From positions 1-64,000 of IMG/VR virus record IMGVR_UViG_3300032288_004617: a stretch of 64,000 nucleotides of DNA; one strand, given 5' to 3'. Source of the stretch: a virus. A model generated the notes under the pieces. The model was not told where the DNA came from, did no database searches, and was given only the letters and a program-made list of their open reading frames with translations. Below are positions 38,614 through 48,719 of this stretch, one piece after another. Both the position numbers and the translations under genes were made by a program. Each line of letters begins with the position of its first letter. Position 1 is the first letter of the stretch.

Positions 38614-39138
38614 CTAATGACACGTTTTACAATTTTTCAACTTGTCTACTTTTTTTAAGACCTGTTGGAATATCATTGATGCTTCACTTTCTAGATTCTC
38701 TCTTACATGAGCTTCAGCTCCTCGTAATAAATATTCAATCTCTGTTAACTTATCTAAGATTAACTTTCTACTAGGATTTGTAAAACTGTCGATGTATATT
38801 CTGTCTAATTCAGACTGTACTTGATCCGTTTTTAAAAACCTAACTTCCTTATTAAAAGTACTAGGTGATCCTATAACTTTAATAATATAAATACCATCCG
38901 GAAGTGTCAATAGCTCTGAAGAGCTGCAATCAACACAACCAAGACTAAAAGAATTAGAGTTAAAAATATTTAACTTATTCTTATCAAAAAACTTTGTGAA
39001 AGGTTCAGAATATCCTGGAAGTGTAATTTCAATAATAGAAGGTCTATTCTCCAATAACTCCCAAAAAGAGAAATCAAATATCTTTAAATAATATAAATCA
39101 CTTTTTATATCAAAATCTATATTTACGGCTTGACTCAT
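38614..39138 (-). CDS. Putative tail hub / fibre adaptor protein
   Basis: IEITLPGY, LPDGIYIIK followed by a helical C-terminus, as recalled for crAss-like hub proteins; heads the Cys-rich operon. Confidence 0.5.
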   Translation of the reverse strand: MSQAVNIDFDIKSDLYYLKIFDFSFWELLENRPSIIEITLPGYSEPFTKFFDKNKLNIFNSNSFSLGCVDCSSSELLTLPDGIYIIKVIGSPSTFNKEVRFLKTDQVQSELDRIYIDSFTNPSRKLILDKLTEIEYLLRGAEAHVRENLESEASMIFQQVLKKVDKLKNCKTCH

Positions 39139-39142
39139 TATA

Positions 39143-39178
39143 CAAATTTAGTTGTTAAGTTTTGGTTAAACAAAAGTA
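39143..39178 (-). promoter_or_regulatory. Bacteroidota-type promoter, probably leaderless transcript
   Basis: TACTTTTG-N20-TAAATTTG-TATA-ATG. Confidence 0.75.
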
Positions 39179-39198
39179 TTGAAAATTTTGATATTTAG

Positions 39199-39786
39199 TT
39201 AGAATTCATTTAGTAAACAATAACTTACTGATCGTTGGTCTTTTAATTGAGCTACCCACTTTAAATGTTCTTGCTTATCATTTAACACTTGACATCCCAT
39301 ACTCCATTCTCCAATAAAAACTTTTTTTGATGTAGTTTTTGGATCATAGCTATTAGAGTGGAAATTTATTCCGTACAATCCATCTGTAGGGTTTCCGATT
39401 TCCTCAGATTTTCCATCTTTATCTCCATCTCTATAAACAGAAATAGGACCAACTTGAACTAATGCCGGCATTTTCCCATTGTGCAAACCATACCTCCAAA
39501 CACCATAGTACCACTTATCAGCTTTCACTACAGCAGAACCTAATTTGTTATACTTAATGAATCCTCCTTTTAAGCCTGGAGTACCAGGATTAGTTGTTCC
39601 TGTTGTAACACTTAAGAATTTTTGATCCTTATCAAATAAATAAAACTTATCATCATAGACATTTTCAGCATCTTCTTTACTTCTTATTCCTATAATAAAG
39701 TCTTCTTTTGGAAAACCCTTAAATCCTTGAACAGCTTTTGCTCTTTCTAAAATTTCTTTGTCTGTGTAATTTCTTACGTTGTTCAT
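39199..39786 (-). CDS. Putative endolysin, L,D-transpeptidase (YkuD)-like Cys enzyme
   Basis: GINFH...WSMGCQV His/Cys motif; ATGA overlap with the spanin-like gene. Confidence 0.65.
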   Translation of the reverse strand: MNNVRNYTDKEILERAKAVQGFKGFPKEDFIIGIRSKEDAENVYDDKFYLFDKDQKFLSVTTGTTNPGTPGLKGGFIKYNKLGSAVVKADKWYYGVWRYGLHNGKMPALVQVGPISVYRDGDKDGKSEEIGNPTDGLYGINFHSNSYDPKTTSKKVFIGEWSMGCQVLNDKQEHLKWVAQLKDQRSVSYCLLNEF

Positions 39787-40337
39787 ACTAATAGTTTTTT
39801 TATAAATGTTATTAATTTTCCTATATGACTAACTAATATTCCAAGTATTAATCCTATTAAAAAATAGTTAATTTTTCTATTTGATTTTTTAGTAGTCCTT
39901 GAGTCTGCTCTCAACTCAACTCTTTTTGTTTTATTTTTTTGTTTTATTTCAGCAACTTTTACTTTAGTACCTTCCTTAACAATTTTTGTAATTGTTTTGT
40001 ATTTCAATCTTATCTCTTGTCTTGTTTGAGGTGGAGTTATATATGTATTATCAACCGGAAACTCAATCTTTATTGACTTTAAATACCAATACAAATTTGT
40101 CTTCGGCCCTTCATGTTTGACACTAATATATACAAAATTATTCTCAACCATAGTATCACCATAAAAATATACATTACCTGTATCAGAAATAGTTTTAACT
40201 ATTGTATCTCTATGTGTACTTACAATTGTTGGATCTAATTTTATAGCCCTTTTTAAATGTCTATTTGCTCTCTCCGTTGTTGAACAAGATATTGTTGATA
40301 GTAAAATTAAACAGATTGCTATTATTTGGTTTTTCAC
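39783..40337 (-). CDS. Lipoprotein with C-terminal TM helix, putative unimolecular spanin
   Basis: MKNQIIAICLILLSTISC lipoprotein signal; C-terminal YFLIGLILGILVSHIG. Confidence 0.65.
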   Translation of the reverse strand: MKNQIIAICLILLSTISCSTTERANRHLKRAIKLDPTIVSTHRDTIVKTISDTGNVYFYGDTMVENNFVYISVKHEGPKTNLYWYLKSIKIEFPVDNTYITPPQTRQEIRLKYKTITKIVKEGTKVKVAEIKQKNKTKRVELRADSRTTKKSNRKINYFLIGLILGILVSHIGKLITFIKKLLV

Positions 40338-40347
40338 TTTTATCAGT

Positions 40348-40584
40348 TTATTTCATTGTTATTCTATTTCCAATTGCATCAGAAATCTTAGTGCTAACTG
40401 CTGTGCCCATAAATACTAAAAATACTTCAAAGTTAAATCCTTTTAAAATAAAATGTATTGTAGCAGCAATAGTTGCAAATAGATAAGATGTGAACATTGT
40501 CAATGAAGTTCTACTCCATCTCATTCTTCCATCTTCAGCTTTTTTCTTTAATGTGTCGTTAACTATATCTCTTACTATACTCAT
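40348..40584 (-). CDS. Small two-TM membrane protein (holin/antiholin-like)
   Basis: Two hydrophobic helices after GRMRWSRTSL; inside the lysis cassette. Confidence 0.6.
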   Translation of the reverse strand: MSIVRDIVNDTLKKKAEDGRMRWSRTSLTMFTSYLFATIAATIHFILKGFNFEVFLVFMGTAVSTKISDAIGNRITMK

Positions 40585-40586
40585 AT

Positions 40587-41510
40587 CTATTTCAAGGTAT
40601 TCAAGTAAAATGCTCTCATTAAATCTTTATTAATCTTTGTAGAAGTTTCACCATCTTTTAACATGTTTTCCATGTTCTTATCTGAAGCATCATCTATCTT
40701 ACCACTTGACATAGATATTATAGATTTACATCTAATATATGTCCCTAACCTTCTTCCTAAAAGGTTTGGTAATAATGCATATAAATTTGTTAACGTATAA
40801 TCTGTTAATTGAGATCCTTCTGCAAGTAATATATCCACAGTTGGTTCAGCCCAAGAAATCATCCCACCGTCTAATGTCTTATTACTTATTACAGACTTCT
40901 TTTCCCCTGTTGAGAAAGAAATTATATTAATCTTCTCATAACCTTCTTTTAAGCATTCAAGTAAGGCCATCATAGATGCATTGTTTACATACATCCCTCC
41001 ATCAATATACTTATCTCCTCTTATCTCAATAGGCTTGAAAAAAGACTGTGCAGAAGCACTACTTCTTATAACCTCAAATAATGTGTAATTATCCTCATCG
41101 TTCTGCTTTGCCTTTGATGACTTAAATAACTTACCTTCCTTTTTAGATATATTATAAGCTGGTATTAATATTTCAGTTTTGCAATCCTTTAAAGTAAGAT
41201 TTTTAGTATAATCTAATATAACCTTATTAAAATATTTATCGTCATATTTTGGCCTTAGGTATCCAAATCTAAGTATATTTTTGTCAAATATATTCTCCCC
41301 ATGTATAGTGTACAAATCTAGAATATCCTCTGTAGAATATCCTACAGAAAGTAGCACTGCTATTATGGCTCCCGTTGAAGTTCCTGTTATTAAGTCGAAA
41401 TGATCTTTAATAGGTTTTTTTATAATCTTCTCAAATTCGACAAGTTGTACTAAAGCTGTAAGACCTCTAATACCCCCTCCATCTATTTCTAATACATTAG
41501 CTATTTTCAT
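40587..41510 (-). CDS. Patatin-like phospholipase
   Basis: DGGGIRG oxyanion motif, GTSTG nucleophile elbow, catalytic DGG. Confidence 0.93.
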   Translation of the reverse strand: MKIANVLEIDGGGIRGLTALVQLVEFEKIIKKPIKDHFDLITGTSTGAIIAVLLSVGYSTEDILDLYTIHGENIFDKNILRFGYLRPKYDDKYFNKVILDYTKNLTLKDCKTEILIPAYNISKKEGKLFKSSKAKQNDEDNYTLFEVIRSSASAQSFFKPIEIRGDKYIDGGMYVNNASMMALLECLKEGYEKINIISFSTGEKKSVISNKTLDGGMISWAEPTVDILLAEGSQLTDYTLTNLYALLPNLLGRRLGTYIRCKSIISMSSGKIDDASDKNMENMLKDGETSTKINKDLMRAFYLNTLK

Positions 41511-42063
41511 CTGGTGTCATTTTTTTTATTAAAGCTTGTAGCCCAAATTTATTTTTTAATAGCTTTACTAGAGGTTGTGGTAATATCCCTATCTCCCCAC
41601 AGTTTTCCAAAAGTGAAGTTAAATACACACCATAAAAACCTGCCATCGTAATTGAAGGTAAGAAGAAGAATAAAGTACTTCCTTTTGAAATCCACCAACT
41701 AATTGATAATATAAAAGATGTTGCTACAAAATATATTGGCATTCTCCAAAATCTATAAGAATTAAATACTCCGACTTTCATAGACTTAAAAACTCCTGTT
41801 ATCCAATCTGCACCCATCAACGCCCATAAAGTATACACTGCACTTGATGTGTCCCACATATATCCTGTTATAAAAGATGTTAGAGCTCCTACAAAAGCAA
41901 TTAAAGAATTAGTAGACCAGTGTTTAAACCTAAACAAAGATGCTAAGAAATCAGACATCGATTCAAACCCTAAAAAAGATCTATTATTAGAACTCGGTCC
42001 ATTTCCTGCATAACTTGTTAAACTATACAATTGAGACTTTATGGAGATTATTAAATTTTTCAA
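41497..42063 (-). CDS. Holin (Phage_holin_4_1-like); start uncertain
   Basis: Several TM helices; DWITGVFKS...SLLENCGEIGILP. The track's start at 42120 lies in the promoter, so TTG 42063 or a later ATG is more likely. Confidence 0.75.
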   Translation of the reverse strand: MKNLIISIKSQLYSLTSYAGNGPSSNNRSFLGFESMSDFLASLFRFKHWSTNSLIAFVGALTSFITGYMWDTSSAVYTLWALMGADWITGVFKSMKVGVFNSYRFWRMPIYFVATSFILSISWWISKGSTLFFFLPSITMAGFYGVYLTSLLENCGEIGILPQPLVKLLKNKFGLQALIKKMTPDENS

Positions 42064-42090
42064 AATAAGATTTCTGTAATTAATAAAACA

Positions 42091-42121
42091 CGAAATTAAT
42101 AATCTAACTTTAATTATCAAA
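42091..42121 (-). promoter_or_regulatory. Promoter for lysis cassette (variant)
   Basis: TTTG-N19-TAATTTCG. Confidence 0.55.
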
Positions 42122-42149
42122 AATGATAGACTTTTTTAGGACTAAAAAT

Positions 42150-42398
42150 CTACAGAAAATAGTTTACTGCTATCTCAGGATAATAAGTTTGCAAAAATTC
42201 AAACATTCCCGATTTATGTAGTATAATTTCATTTGCCAAAGTTTCCTCAATAGTGCTAATAATACTACACTCATCACCAAATAAAATTAAATCTTTTAAA
42301 GCGATATTAGTAGGTGCTAACTCATAATATAGAGTCCCATCACCATTATCTGTAAATCTTCTTGTTTCAATTAAAAATTGTTCCATATTAAAATTCAT
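42150..42398 (-). CDS. Small acidic protein, possible fibre chaperone
   Basis: Overlaps the end of the 1737-aa fibre gene. Confidence 0.5.
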   Translation of the reverse strand: MNFNMEQFLIETRRFTDNGDGTLYYELAPTNIALKDLILFGDECSIISTIEETLANEIILHKSGMFEFLQTYYPEIAVNYFL

Positions 42399-45300
42399 AT
42401 GCTACTAAATGAGACCATTGGTTTATTGTTGCTAATGCTGTTACACCATTTGTTCTAAGACACTGTACCCCTAATAAAGTGTCAATACCTGGTAGATCTG
42501 TTGTCAGCGTTCCTTGTGCTGTAGCACCTGTAGTACGATTAGTTATTCTATACTTTACTGTGGATGTGCCTGGTTCGTTATACATATCAAATATGTAAAA
42601 TGCTGTTAAAGCAGCTCCTGCTGTTCTATTAGCAGGGAAGTTAACTCCTAGATCAATTTTAGAAGCTGTACCTACACCATCATTATAAAACACTTGTAAA
42701 TTAGTATCTGCTGCATCTGAACCAACTCCTATAAAGTTAATTAATGATGAATTGTCTACAGTATTTGACAGAGTACCTAATGTTGTAATAGGTAAGAAAC
42801 CGTGAAACTGTTTAGCTCCTGCAACATATGCTGCATCTTGAATACACCAACCTACAGAGAAAAAGAAACCTTGACCTACTGAATGTCTTAATGAAGCCGT
42901 TCTAATACCTGCTTTTGCCCCTACCGTAGATGTAGTAGGAACTTGTAGTCTTATTGTTCTATTTATAGTAGATCCTGTTGATATTGATATAGCTGCAGCA
43001 GTTCCAGAAACAGTAGCGGCAGAAACGTTACCCATAACAGTCATAGTAGCAGAACCATTATTTGCATGGTATCCTGAAGGATAATTACTAGGTGGCAATG
43101 CTGGAATAAATAATGGGGCAGCACTATTAAAATTAACCCAGTCTGTAGAACTCAGATAGCCATTTTGAGTAGCACTCGCAACTTGTTGAGATATATTTAC
43201 TCCACTGCCTATTACTGATCCTGTACCCCCTGTTACAGATATACCATCTGTTCCTACATCTGTAAAGTCACCTATAGTAAGAGCATCTTGTTTACCGTTC
43301 CAAGTACTTTTTTCAGTATCTGTAACAAAACGATAAGATGCTGATTGTGTAATATTTGCTGGATCAGATGTGTCTAAATTAGCAACGTTTGATAAACCTA
43401 CATCACTTTTAGTCAATTGTTTATTCTTCCATAAAGAAGTAGCAAAATCATAATAGATAATGTCATTGTTTGCTAATGTTCCAGTGTCAATTTTAACGTT
43501 GTGTATTTCATTTAACTCAAAACCATTCTGTACCTTAACAAATATTTCCCCATTAGTTGCACTTTTTCTAGTTATAATACCTATAAATACCAAATGATCT
43601 GGAGCTACAGGTTTATTAATTAAACCAAAAATTAAATCTCCATTAACCCCCAACCATACAGGATCACCTTCATTACCACTATTAGTATTTAAACCAGCAA
43701 GCAATCCTTCTGTAACTACAATACCTTGGTCATTTAATATACCAGTTGCTGTAACTAATCCCATTGTTTTAGAGGAAGTTGCTTCAGAAGTATTACTTGC
43801 TTTTGAAACAATCATGTTAGTCCCATTAGCACTTGTTACATAAACTGCTTGGCCTTTTGTAATAGCTTCACCATATTTAACAATATGAGAAACAGTAGAT
43901 GCAGATGTTGGTAATGTAGCTAAAGTTCCATCACCTCTGATATATTCAGCTGTTGTACCAGCACCAACCACTGCAATATCCCCACTAGATGTAATTGGAC
44001 TATTTGAAACAGTGAATGCACTTGGCATTGTTAAGCCTACAGAAGTTACTCCACCTGTTGGCAATGCACTTATATTACCATTTAGTTTTCCTATTGCACC
44101 AAGAATACTATCTGATGCAGATAAAGTTCCTGCTGCTGAAACATATCCTGTTAGAGGAGCGGAAATTGCTCTTGCATCTGTAAAATAAAGATTTGTCCCT
44201 TCAGTTAAATTTGTCGTACTTACAGATCTAGTAAGTTGTCCAGTGGTAGTTGCTCCGATAACACCAGACGCTGCCCCTGTTAAATTATTAACAGTAACTT
44301 CTCCTGATGATGCTATACCTATTCTTGTAAGATTATTAGTACGTATATTTAAACTAAACGCATCTGTCAGTCCTATAATTGTATCTGCTCCATATGCATT
44401 ACCACCTTTTTTAAACCAGTCAGCTGGAGAAATACTATTTAAAGTAGTTATATTACTTATCGCATGAGTGTTCATATTAAGTGTAGCAGCCATAGGTTTG
44501 CTACCATCTAACATTAAAAACTGAGTGTGCCCTGCATCTCCTGTTGTTAAATTAGATAAAGATAAGTGATCTGAACTTGCAGAAGTTCCACCAGATCTAA
44601 AACCAACTACAGGTCTTTGGTCAATTATTTCTGTTATATTAGTTGCACCAAATGTGACAATAATACCTGCAATTAATGTAACTGCATCTTTAATAAATGT
44701 TGGAGGTATAGGTATTACACCTGTTTCTGCAGCACTCAAAGATGCGAAAGTTGTTTGTCCATAAACAACATAGTATTTTTCATGACCAGTTCCTCCTACA
44801 ACATATACAGAATGTTTTGCATATTGACCTGCTGTTAAAGCTGTAAGTGTACCTGCATTATCCCATGATAAAGGTATTGTTTGAGTTGCGGTTTGTATTA
44901 CACCATTTAATGTTGGTACAAATGTTATATTAGTTCCTCCTACCGGACTAAATACATTTGATGCATAATAATAAATACCACTATTGACATTTAAATGAAA
45001 AGGTGTTACATTTTCTGTCACCTGAGAACCTGATGCATATATAGGCCCCATCGCACTTCTAAACAGATTATCAAATCTATTTGATGTATGCTCAGCATGT
45101 GCAGGGACTTCATCTAACAGTTCAATACCTGTTCCATTTGTAACAACTCTACCTAATAATATATTATTGATTGTATCAGGTTGAGATCCATTACTTGTTA
45201 ATGCACCTGTAGTGTCAAAGTAAATATATCTATCTTGGTTTGCTGAAAGTGTTATTGATGTACTACTCCAATCTTTTCTTAATACAACATCTGTAACAGG

Positions 45301-47601
45301 TAGTTCATAATAACCATATCCTGAACTAATATTAACAGTAAAGCCACCACCATTAGTAAGATCACCACCTTCCATAAGGCCCATAGTCCCACCTTCTAAT
45401 AGTAATGTTGATATATCAGAATGTTCACCTGTTGGATAAGTTACAGCTAGTTTTCCGGTTATCTCAAACTGTGCATCATTACTATCTAAGTATGCCCATG
45501 CAAAGTTAGGAGAAACATTATTAACTTTGGTGTGATCAGCTGATCCATTAAATGTACCTGAAGCTGTTGGATGTTCAATGAATAAATCCCATGTTGTAGA
45601 ATTATCTACATCCAATGATGTTATTATGGCATTTGATGCAACACCAGAATTTTCCATATACAACCCCATGTCAAAATAGTCAACATATGTTGCAAGAAGA
45701 GTTAGCAAAGCACCATTCACAAGATGAAAAGCTTTCCCTGTTCCGTCTGATGTATGTCCTGAGCCTACTACTTTAACTTCCGAATTTGTACCTGATACAA
45801 ATGTACCTGCAAGTATACCTGATGTAGGTATATTATAATAATTTTCTAAGTTAGCAAAAGCATAAAATCCATTTGTCGAAATGACTTTTACACCATAATC
45901 ATATACACCATTAAAGTCTATATACTCACCATAGAAATATGTATCTTGAGTAATAGATTGAACAAATATACCTACACTACAGTCTTCAAAAGATATTTTA
46001 TGTGCTTGAGAGAAATCTCCTGTATCATCTATTGATAGACCTGCATACCCTGCTCCAGCATTTTGTAAGGTAAGAAAAGATACTTCATTATTTGCACCAA
46101 GTAATATAATATCATGATTATTTGCATCCGGTTGTATTTGTGTTGTTTTAATACTTGATCCAATAATACTTACATATGGATGAGATGCAAGATCAATTAC
46201 AGGCTCTGTAAAAACACCTGGCCCTACTTGTACAATATATCTATTTGTTATACTTGAACCTGTTATAAAATTTACAGCTGCAGCAATAGATGTAAAATTA
46301 CCACCCTTCTTAGCAACTGTAATTATTCTTGGATCTTTATTTACTTCATATATAGGGGCTGCAATAGGAACTTCTGTTTTTAAGAATGTATCAGTTCCTT
46401 CGAATTTACCTGTAGTACTAGGGTGCTCTACAATAATATCTTTTGTATTATTCTCAAAATTAAGAGCCGTTCCATATATACTAGGAGCAGATCCTACATT
46501 AGGAGCATAAATACCTGTAGACCACCTTTGAAAATTAACTGCTGTTAATCTTAATGATGCACCATTCTCAACCCAAAATCCTGTACCACCTGCAGCTCCT
46601 GTCGCTTTAGTTAATAAGCATCCATTAACAATAAATGCACAACCAGGTTGATCTGCTTTAGCAAATATTAAACCTGTCGTTGTAGTTATACCTCCATTAG
46701 TAGATGTAACATTTCTTAATTGCATTCTACCAATACCAGATCCATCATTTGTTACATGGAATCCTAATGTAAATGGATAACCACCATATTTAACATTAGA
46801 ACATTGTAGTATACAATTTCCCCCACTAGTACCTATCGTTTTAGCATGAGTGTAATTGGCCCCAAATCTTACATTTTCAGCATATGCTATTGCATTAGTT
46901 TGTGGGACAGTTGGAGAAGAGTATACAACAGCAGAAACACCTGTGCCAGTAGAACCCTGAACTTGCAAATCAATTATCATAGATTGATCAGCCATTATGA
47001 ATACACTATTACTGCTATTATTAGCTTCTACGATAGTATTCATACTACTGTCTCCTTTAACAGTAACCCAAGATTTCATAGTGATAACAGGTTCTAAATA
47101 TAAACCTGCATTAACTCTAACTACAAAAGGATTACTAGATGAAGCTGTAGTAATACTAGCAACAGCTGCAGCTATAGACGTAAAATCTGCGACACCTGAC
47201 ACTGTATCTACAGTAACAATATTAGTACTCTTTTTTAAGAGAGTTGCCCAACGATCATAGTTGTTTAAAGTTTCAGATGTAATGTATTTTTCATTATCTG
47301 TCCCTGTATTTACTTCTAGTTGTGTAGCTTTACTAGCTGACTCACTATATATCCATTTAGTTAAATCTGAATAGTATGCACCAGCTGGATAATATGTTCC
47401 ACCTATACTACCATACCAAAATTTATTACCTTGTGCATTATCTACAATAAATACATCATACAGTCCTACTGTTGTAGGATCTGGTAATGCAGAGTAGTTT
47501 GCTACATGAGTTATAACAACTGTAGTAGGCCCTGGACCTCCTCCGGTGTTTGCTTCGTAGTAATCAAGTGTTCCTGTAAAAGGATTAAATTTCCAAGACA
47601 T
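42388..47601 (-). CDS. Long tail fibre/spike with two tandem pectin-lyase-like beta-helix domains
   Basis: Duplicated cap motif FTSIAAAV..IT..S......V.V..G...E; G/T/S/N-rich; fibre motifs TTNLTEGTNLYFT, ELNEIHNV, KSDVGLSNV, GYLSSTDW. Confidence 0.8.
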   Translation of the reverse strand: MSWKFNPFTGTLDYYEANTGGGPGPTTVVITHVANYSALPDPTTVGLYDVFIVDNAQGNKFWYGSIGGTYYPAGAYYSDLTKWIYSESASKATQLEVNTGTDNEKYITSETLNNYDRWATLLKKSTNIVTVDTVSGVADFTSIAAAVASITTASSSNPFVVRVNAGLYLEPVITMKSWVTVKGDSSMNTIVEANNSSNSVFIMADQSMIIDLQVQGSTGTGVSAVVYSSPTVPQTNAIAYAENVRFGANYTHAKTIGTSGGNCILQCSNVKYGGYPFTLGFHVTNDGSGIGRMQLRNVTSTNGGITTTTGLIFAKADQPGCAFIVNGCLLTKATGAAGGTGFWVENGASLRLTAVNFQRWSTGIYAPNVGSAPSIYGTALNFENNTKDIIVEHPSTTGKFEGTDTFLKTEVPIAAPIYEVNKDPRIITVAKKGGNFTSIAAAVNFITGSSITNRYIVQVGPGVFTEPVIDLASHPYVSIIGSSIKTTQIQPDANNHDIILLGANNEVSFLTLQNAGAGYAGLSIDDTGDFSQAHKISFEDCSVGIFVQSITQDTYFYGEYIDFNGVYDYGVKVISTNGFYAFANLENYYNIPTSGILAGTFVSGTNSEVKVVGSGHTSDGTGKAFHLVNGALLTLLATYVDYFDMGLYMENSGVASNAIITSLDVDNSTTWDLFIEHPTASGTFNGSADHTKVNNVSPNFAWAYLDSNDAQFEITGKLAVTYPTGEHSDISTLLLEGGTMGLMEGGDLTNGGGFTVNISSGYGYYELPVTDVVLRKDWSSTSITLSANQDRYIYFDTTGALTSNGSQPDTINNILLGRVVTNGTGIELLDEVPAHAEHTSNRFDNLFRSAMGPIYASGSQVTENVTPFHLNVNSGIYYYASNVFSPVGGTNITFVPTLNGVIQTATQTIPLSWDNAGTLTALTAGQYAKHSVYVVGGTGHEKYYVVYGQTTFASLSAAETGVIPIPPTFIKDAVTLIAGIIVTFGATNITEIIDQRPVVGFRSGGTSASSDHLSLSNLTTGDAGHTQFLMLDGSKPMAATLNMNTHAISNITTLNSISPADWFKKGGNAYGADTIIGLTDAFSLNIRTNNLTRIGIASSGEVTVNNLTGAASGVIGATTTGQLTRSVSTTNLTEGTNLYFTDARAISAPLTGYVSAAGTLSASDSILGAIGKLNGNISALPTGGVTSVGLTMPSAFTVSNSPITSSGDIAVVGAGTTAEYIRGDGTLATLPTSASTVSHIVKYGEAITKGQAVYVTSANGTNMIVSKASNTSEATSSKTMGLVTATGILNDQGIVVTEGLLAGLNTNSGNEGDPVWLGVNGDLIFGLINKPVAPDHLVFIGIITRKSATNGEIFVKVQNGFELNEIHNVKIDTGTLANNDIIYYDFATSLWKNKQLTKSDVGLSNVANLDTSDPANITQSASYRFVTDTEKSTWNGKQDALTIGDFTDVGTDGISVTGGTGSVIGSGVNISQQVASATQNGYLSSTDWVNFNSAAPLFIPALPPSNYPSGYHANNGSATMTVMGNVSAATVSGTAAAISISTGSTINRTIRLQVPTTSTVGAKAGIRTASLRHSVGQGFFFSVGWCIQDAAYVAGAKQFHGFLPITTLGTLSNTVDNSSLINFIGVGSDAADTNLQVFYNDGVGTASKIDLGVNFPANRTAGAALTAFYIFDMYNEPGTSTVKYRITNRTTGATAQGTLTTDLPGIDTLLGVQCLRTNGVTALATINQWSHLVAYEF

Positions 47602-47638
47602 ATTTAGTTTTTTATAAAATGAATTAAATCATTTATGT

Positions 47639-48301
47639 TTAGTTATAATTTATTTTTTTAAATTTCCCATTTAATGCTTCGAAAGTTGTCTGCATATCTT
47701 TTGGTAATAAATCTATTCCCATTGCAAACATTTCATAACAAGCTAAAATCTTTTCAAAGTTAGATCTATGATGCGTGCATGCAAATATACTATCTATTCT
47801 ATGTTGGAAACTAACAACTACATCATAACGGAATTTTTCAAACAACTCTATAATATAAGATGCATCTTCAGGACTTATTCCACGATTTAACCAATGATTT
47901 TTAGTTGCATTAATATAATCTACGTGCATGGCATTCATTTCTCTCAATACTAATAATTTTAACTCATCAAAAGATATTTTTTCAAAATCTTTATCTAAAA
48001 ACTTTGTAAAATAAATAGTACATATATCACATTTGAAATTGGTGAAATCTATACACATCCTTGTCTTAACTGCATCATAATCTCCATGAGTGTAAAATTT
48101 CATGAAGAATACTTCTTTTTTGACTCTTTCTATAGTAGAAAATATATTGTGACATTTTAAATCCTTAATGTCTTCTTTAGATTCTCTTTTAAAGATTAAT
48201 TTAGATATATCTTTATGAAAATAGTAAACTAAAATTCCAAAAATAATAACTGTAAAAAGTAAGTAAGGTGGTAAATTGATGTGTCCAAGAAAGTCAAACA
48301 T
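47639..48301 (-). CDS. Membrane-anchored hypothetical protein (220 aa)
   Basis: N-terminal TM helix (YLLFTVIIFGILVYYF) followed by a helical domain. Confidence 0.6.
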   Translation of the reverse strand: MFDFLGHINLPPYLLFTVIIFGILVYYFHKDISKLIFKRESKEDIKDLKCHNIFSTIERVKKEVFFMKFYTHGDYDAVKTRMCIDFTNFKCDICTIYFTKFLDKDFEKISFDELKLLVLREMNAMHVDYINATKNHWLNRGISPEDASYIIELFEKFRYDVVVSFQHRIDSIFACTHHRSNFEKILACYEMFAMGIDLLPKDMQTTFEALNGKFKKINYN

Positions 48302-48360
48302 TTTAATTATTAAAATAAAGTTGTTGTAATAGGTTTTTTATTTTTTATAATGTATATATT

Positions 48361-48705
48361 TTATACCGGCACTTTAGCATCAATTAATTCTTGTACCTTT
48401 ACTTCAATAGCTAACCTCATGTTGTGTAGAGTTGTCATTAAGTCAGGATGTTCAACTTTAATACTAGCTAAAGTAATAGGAGCATGATCATCACCTGGGT
48501 TCTGGCACAATATACGTGATTCGCACATATGCTGATCTTCTGTCAACTGTACTACTACTTTCTCAAAAGTAATACCGTATGTAGCTTCAAATTCTTCCTT
48601 AATAGGTAAGATGATATCTAATACGTCTACTTGATAATGCTCTTCGTTGAACATTGAAAACACTTCATTCTTAACGAAGTCTACTGTTATGTTTTGTAAT
48701 TCCAT
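48361..48705 (-). CDS. Hypothetical acidic protein (114 aa)
   Basis: ORF directly after a spike gene. Confidence 0.6.
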   Translation of the reverse strand: MELQNITVDFVKNEVFSMFNEEHYQVDVLDIILPIKEEFEATYGITFEKVVVQLTEDQHMCESRILCQNPGDDHAPITLASIKVEHPDLMTTLHNMRLAIEVKVQELIDAKVPV

Positions 48706-48719
48706 AATTCTTAATTTAC

